Below, in pieces: positions 62,065-64,000 of a DNA stretch of 64,000 nucleotides. How positions within the stretch are numbered: the first letter of the stretch is position 1; each line of letters begins with the position of its first letter. Under the pieces are notes generated by a model that saw only the letters and a list, made by a program, of their open reading frames with translations, had not been told where the DNA came from and did no database searches. The position numbers were made by a program, and so were the translations under genes. Location: NCBI GenBank assembly GCA_002436065.1, contig DIXP01000022.1:63172-127171 (forward strand), given 5' to 3'. This DNA is from Chloroflexi bacterium UBA6077 (GTDB lineage: Bacteria; Chloroflexota; UBA6077).

Positions 62065-62712
62065 ATGGGCAGCGCCATAGACCAGGCCATCCAACTGTAC
62101 GACGACCAGCCCCTCGGGATCCGTGCCTTTGTCCGCTGCCGGCATTTGCTCTGTCCCCTCGCCGAGGTGGAGCGGCGCGTGCCCAAGGCCGGGCGCATCC
62201 TCGACCTTGGATGCGGCCACGGGCTGTTCTCCGCCATCATGGCCATCTCTTCGCCTGATAGGTTGGTGGCCGGAGTCGATCCCTCCCTCGCCAAGATCCA
62301 GGTGGCGGGTCGGCTGATGGACAAGCTGCCCAACGCCTCCTTCTTCCAGGGGACGGCCGCGGACGTCTCCGCGGCCGGCTTCGATGCCATCACCATCCTG
62401 GACGTGCTCTACCTGCTGCCGGTGCCCGAGAAGCTGAAGATCCTCCAGCGATGCCACGAGCTGCTGCGCCCCGGCGGCCAGCTGATCCTGAAGACCAACG
62501 ATACCCACCCTGCCTGGAAGTACCGCTGGGCCTGGTTCCAGGAGGTGCTGATGACGCGGGTGGGGCTGACCCTGGGCCACGGCGATCTCCACTTCCTCTC
62601 CTGTGGGGAGAATGCCGGCTTGATGATGCAGGCAGGGTTCGAAGATGTGCAGATCACCCATATCCCCACCCTGCTCCCCTATCCGCACACCCTGCTCGTC
62701 TCCTCCAGATGA
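62065..62712 (+). CDS. class I SAM-dependent methyltransferase
   Basis: ORF 61996..62712 with a probable ATG at 62065. Motif I is ILDLGCGHGLFS. ILDVLYLL and LRPGGQLIL are present. Confidence 0.75.
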   Translation: MGSAIDQAIQLYDDQPLGIRAFVRCRHLLCPLAEVERRVPKAGRILDLGCGHGLFSAIMAISSPDRLVAGVDPSLAKIQVAGRLMDKLPNASFFQGTAADVSAAGFDAITILDVLYLLPVPEKLKILQRCHELLRPGGQLILKTNDTHPAWKYRWAWFQEVLMTRVGLTLGHGDLHFLSCGENAGLMMQAGFEDVQITHIPTLLPYPHTLLVSSR

Positions 62713-63467
62713 ATCCTGGACTGTCGGTCATCATTCCCGCCTACAACGAGGAGAGGGTGATCGGGGGCACCATCTCCAGGGTGGCTTCCTACCTCGAGGC
62801 GCGCGGCGACAACGAGCTGATCATCGTGGACGACGGGAGTCGGGATTCCACGGTGGAGATCGTCAAGGGGCTGATGGCCGAGCATCCCTGCCTCCGGCTC
62901 GTGATGTGCGAGCGCAACGGGGGGAAGGGGCAGGCGGTGAGGCAGGGGGTGATGCATTCCCAGGGGGAGTACGTCCTCTACACCGATGCCGACCTGGTGT
63001 ACCCGATCGAGGGGGAGGAGTCCTTCACAGCCGCCCTGGAGGCGGGGGCCGACGTGGCAATCGGCTGCCGGTCCCACCCTGAAACCCTCTTCGCTCTCAA
63101 CCCACGCCACTTCCCCTACATCTACCAGCGCTACCTGGTGGGGCGACTCTACATTCTGATAGCCAACTCCCTTCTGAAGCTGGGCGTGAAGGACACACAG
63201 TGCGGCTTCAAGCTGTTCCGGGGCGACGCGGCCAGGGACATCTTCAGTCGTGTGCGCAGCTACGGCTTCGCCTTCGACGTGGAGGTGATCTACATAGCCC
63301 GCTACCTGGGCTACCGGGTAGTGGAGCTGCCGGTCTACTTCCTCTATCTGGGGGAGCAGAGCAGCGTGGAGCTGGTCCGCGACTCGATCCGGATGCTGCG
63401 CGGGCTCTGGGCCATCCGTAGGAACGGCCGGCGAGGGGTGTACGGGGAGCCCGCAGTCCATAGGTAG
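62709..63467 (+). CDS. family 2 glycosyltransferase (dolichyl-phosphate glucosyl/mannosyl-transferase-like)
   Basis: ORF 62451..63467. The ATG at 62709 overlaps the upstream stop (ATGA). LSVIIPAYNEE, IIVDDGSRDST, NGGKGQAVRQG, YTDADL and QCGFKLF match the family. Confidence 0.85.
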   Translation: MNPGLSVIIPAYNEERVIGGTISRVASYLEARGDNELIIVDDGSRDSTVEIVKGLMAEHPCLRLVMCERNGGKGQAVRQGVMHSQGEYVLYTDADLVYPIEGEESFTAALEAGADVAIGCRSHPETLFALNPRHFPYIYQRYLVGRLYILIANSLLKLGVKDTQCGFKLFRGDAARDIFSRVRSYGFAFDVEVIYIARYLGYRVVELPVYFLYLGEQSSVELVRDSIRMLRGLWAIRRNGRRGVYGEPAVHR

Positions 63468-63796
63468 ATCCGGCATGGTTCGTAGAGCGCATGACTTGGA
63501 GCAGCGGATAGGGATTGCCCTGATGGCGGCGGTGCATGGAGGGGTGTACGTGGTGGTTAGCTCTCTTGCCAGGGAGTACCGGACCTCGATGCAGTGACTC
63601 TGGAGGTGCGAGCGCTGCACGGCAAGGGCAGACCCGAGCCGCTGGAGGGGGATACCAGCGAACTGCTCGCTCCCAGTCCCACCGCCGCATCTCCCCCGAG
63701 AGCAGCGCCCGCAGCAGCACCCACTGTTCTCCGTTCCCCTCGGCCATCTCCCCTGCGACCAGTACCCTCAAACGGCCTCCTCCTTTCGCGGGCAAT

Positions 63797-63839
63797 AGAA
63801 AACCGCCACACCTTTGAACCTTCCGGTTCGGTGCGGCGG
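63797..63839 (-). terminator. rho-independent terminator for the minus-strand gene ending at 63898
   Basis: The stem is ccgccacacc (63803-63812) / ggtgcggcgg (63830-63839) with one mismatch, followed on the minus strand by TTTTCTATT. Confidence 0.6.
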
Positions 63840-63897
63840 CTGTTAGCCACCAAGTATTTGATTGGGTTAGCGCATCAACGAGTCACCGTCTCATCAG

Positions 63898-64000
63898 TCA
63901 GGCCGCTTCGGTCTCCAGGTCCAGGGAAACGGTGGGTTCCTCCAGCTCCAACCTGCGGATGATCGGAAGGTTATCCTTCAGTTGGCGGAGCAGGCTCCGG
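63898..64000 (-). CDS. 3' end of an unidentified gene running off the window
   Basis: An open frame reads ...RSLLRQLKDNLPIIRRLELEEPTVSLDLETEAA-stop (TGA at 63898-63900), with a terminator about 60 nt downstream. Too short to assign. Confidence 0.35.
   Translation of the reverse strand, partial: RSLLRQLKDNLPIIRRLELEEPTVSLDLETEAA

Noticed and set aside
61094-63467. ChbG/HpnK-like deacetylase plus GT2 suggested a hopanoid side-chain (hpnI/hpnK) cluster.
   Set aside because: No squalene-hopene cyclase, hpnG/H/J or radical-SAM gene is in the window. Both families are common in generic glycan pathways, so there is insufficient support.

Overview
64-kb high-GC bacterial chromosomal window. The lineage cannot be determined without a search. 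A T-box leader, a YfhO-like membrane protein, NrpR-like regulators and many TTT transporters would fit a Chloroflexota-like organism, but that is a guess. Layout: (i) 0.2-10.6 kb is a plus-strand cell-envelope glycan cluster (GT2, SDR epimerase/dehydratase, DegT aminotransferase, methyltransferase, NPCBM-domain glycosidase, YfhO-like protein), followed by a PBP2-type transpeptidase. (ii) 12.7-14.6 kb holds a MetH-activation-domain-like protein and an HPRT with an extra N-terminal domain. (iii) 14.6-50.6 kb is about 36 kb in which every gene but one is on the minus strand, in three catabolic modules. Module A (14.6-27.8 kb, visibly lower GC) has an MLE-type enolase-superfamily gene, glutamate-mutase-like glmE/glmS/glmL, tctCBA, thiolase, two crotonases, a family-III CoA-transferase and a cobalamin adenosyltransferase, with a divergent NrpR-like regulator. 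Module B (29.5-43.5 kb) has a PrpB/ICL-like lyase, a GntR regulator, an amidohydrolase, a CMD protein, three MmgE/PrpD paralogues, an OYE/FadH-type reductase, tctCBA and an extra tctC. Module C (44.2-50.6 kb) is a higher-GC paralogue of the acyl-CoA part of module A (thiolase, crotonase, hbd, crotonase, CoA-transferase, tctC), again with a divergent NrpR-like regulator. (iv) 52-55.3 kb holds ychF, a cyclophilin-like protein and an ArsA/Get3-like ATPase. (v) 55.3-58.9 kb holds a T-box-controlled aconitase-X (DUF521/DUF126) gene pair bracketed by IS256-family remnants. (vi) 59-64 kb holds a URO-D-like protein, an MscS channel, a ChbG/YdjC deacetylase, a methyltransferase and a GT2. The most interesting observations are: the GlmE homologue appears to lack the glutamate-binding residues and has no methylaspartase partner; a complete T-box riboswitch sits in front of AcnX genes; there are two bacterial NrpR-like regulators; a shared AT-rich palindromic operator/promoter recurs; and there are several dispersed repeat families. 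All functional calls come from motif recognition by eye, and no database search was possible. Coordinates of non-ORF features were counted by hand, anchored to ORF-track boundaries, and may be off by 1-2 nt.
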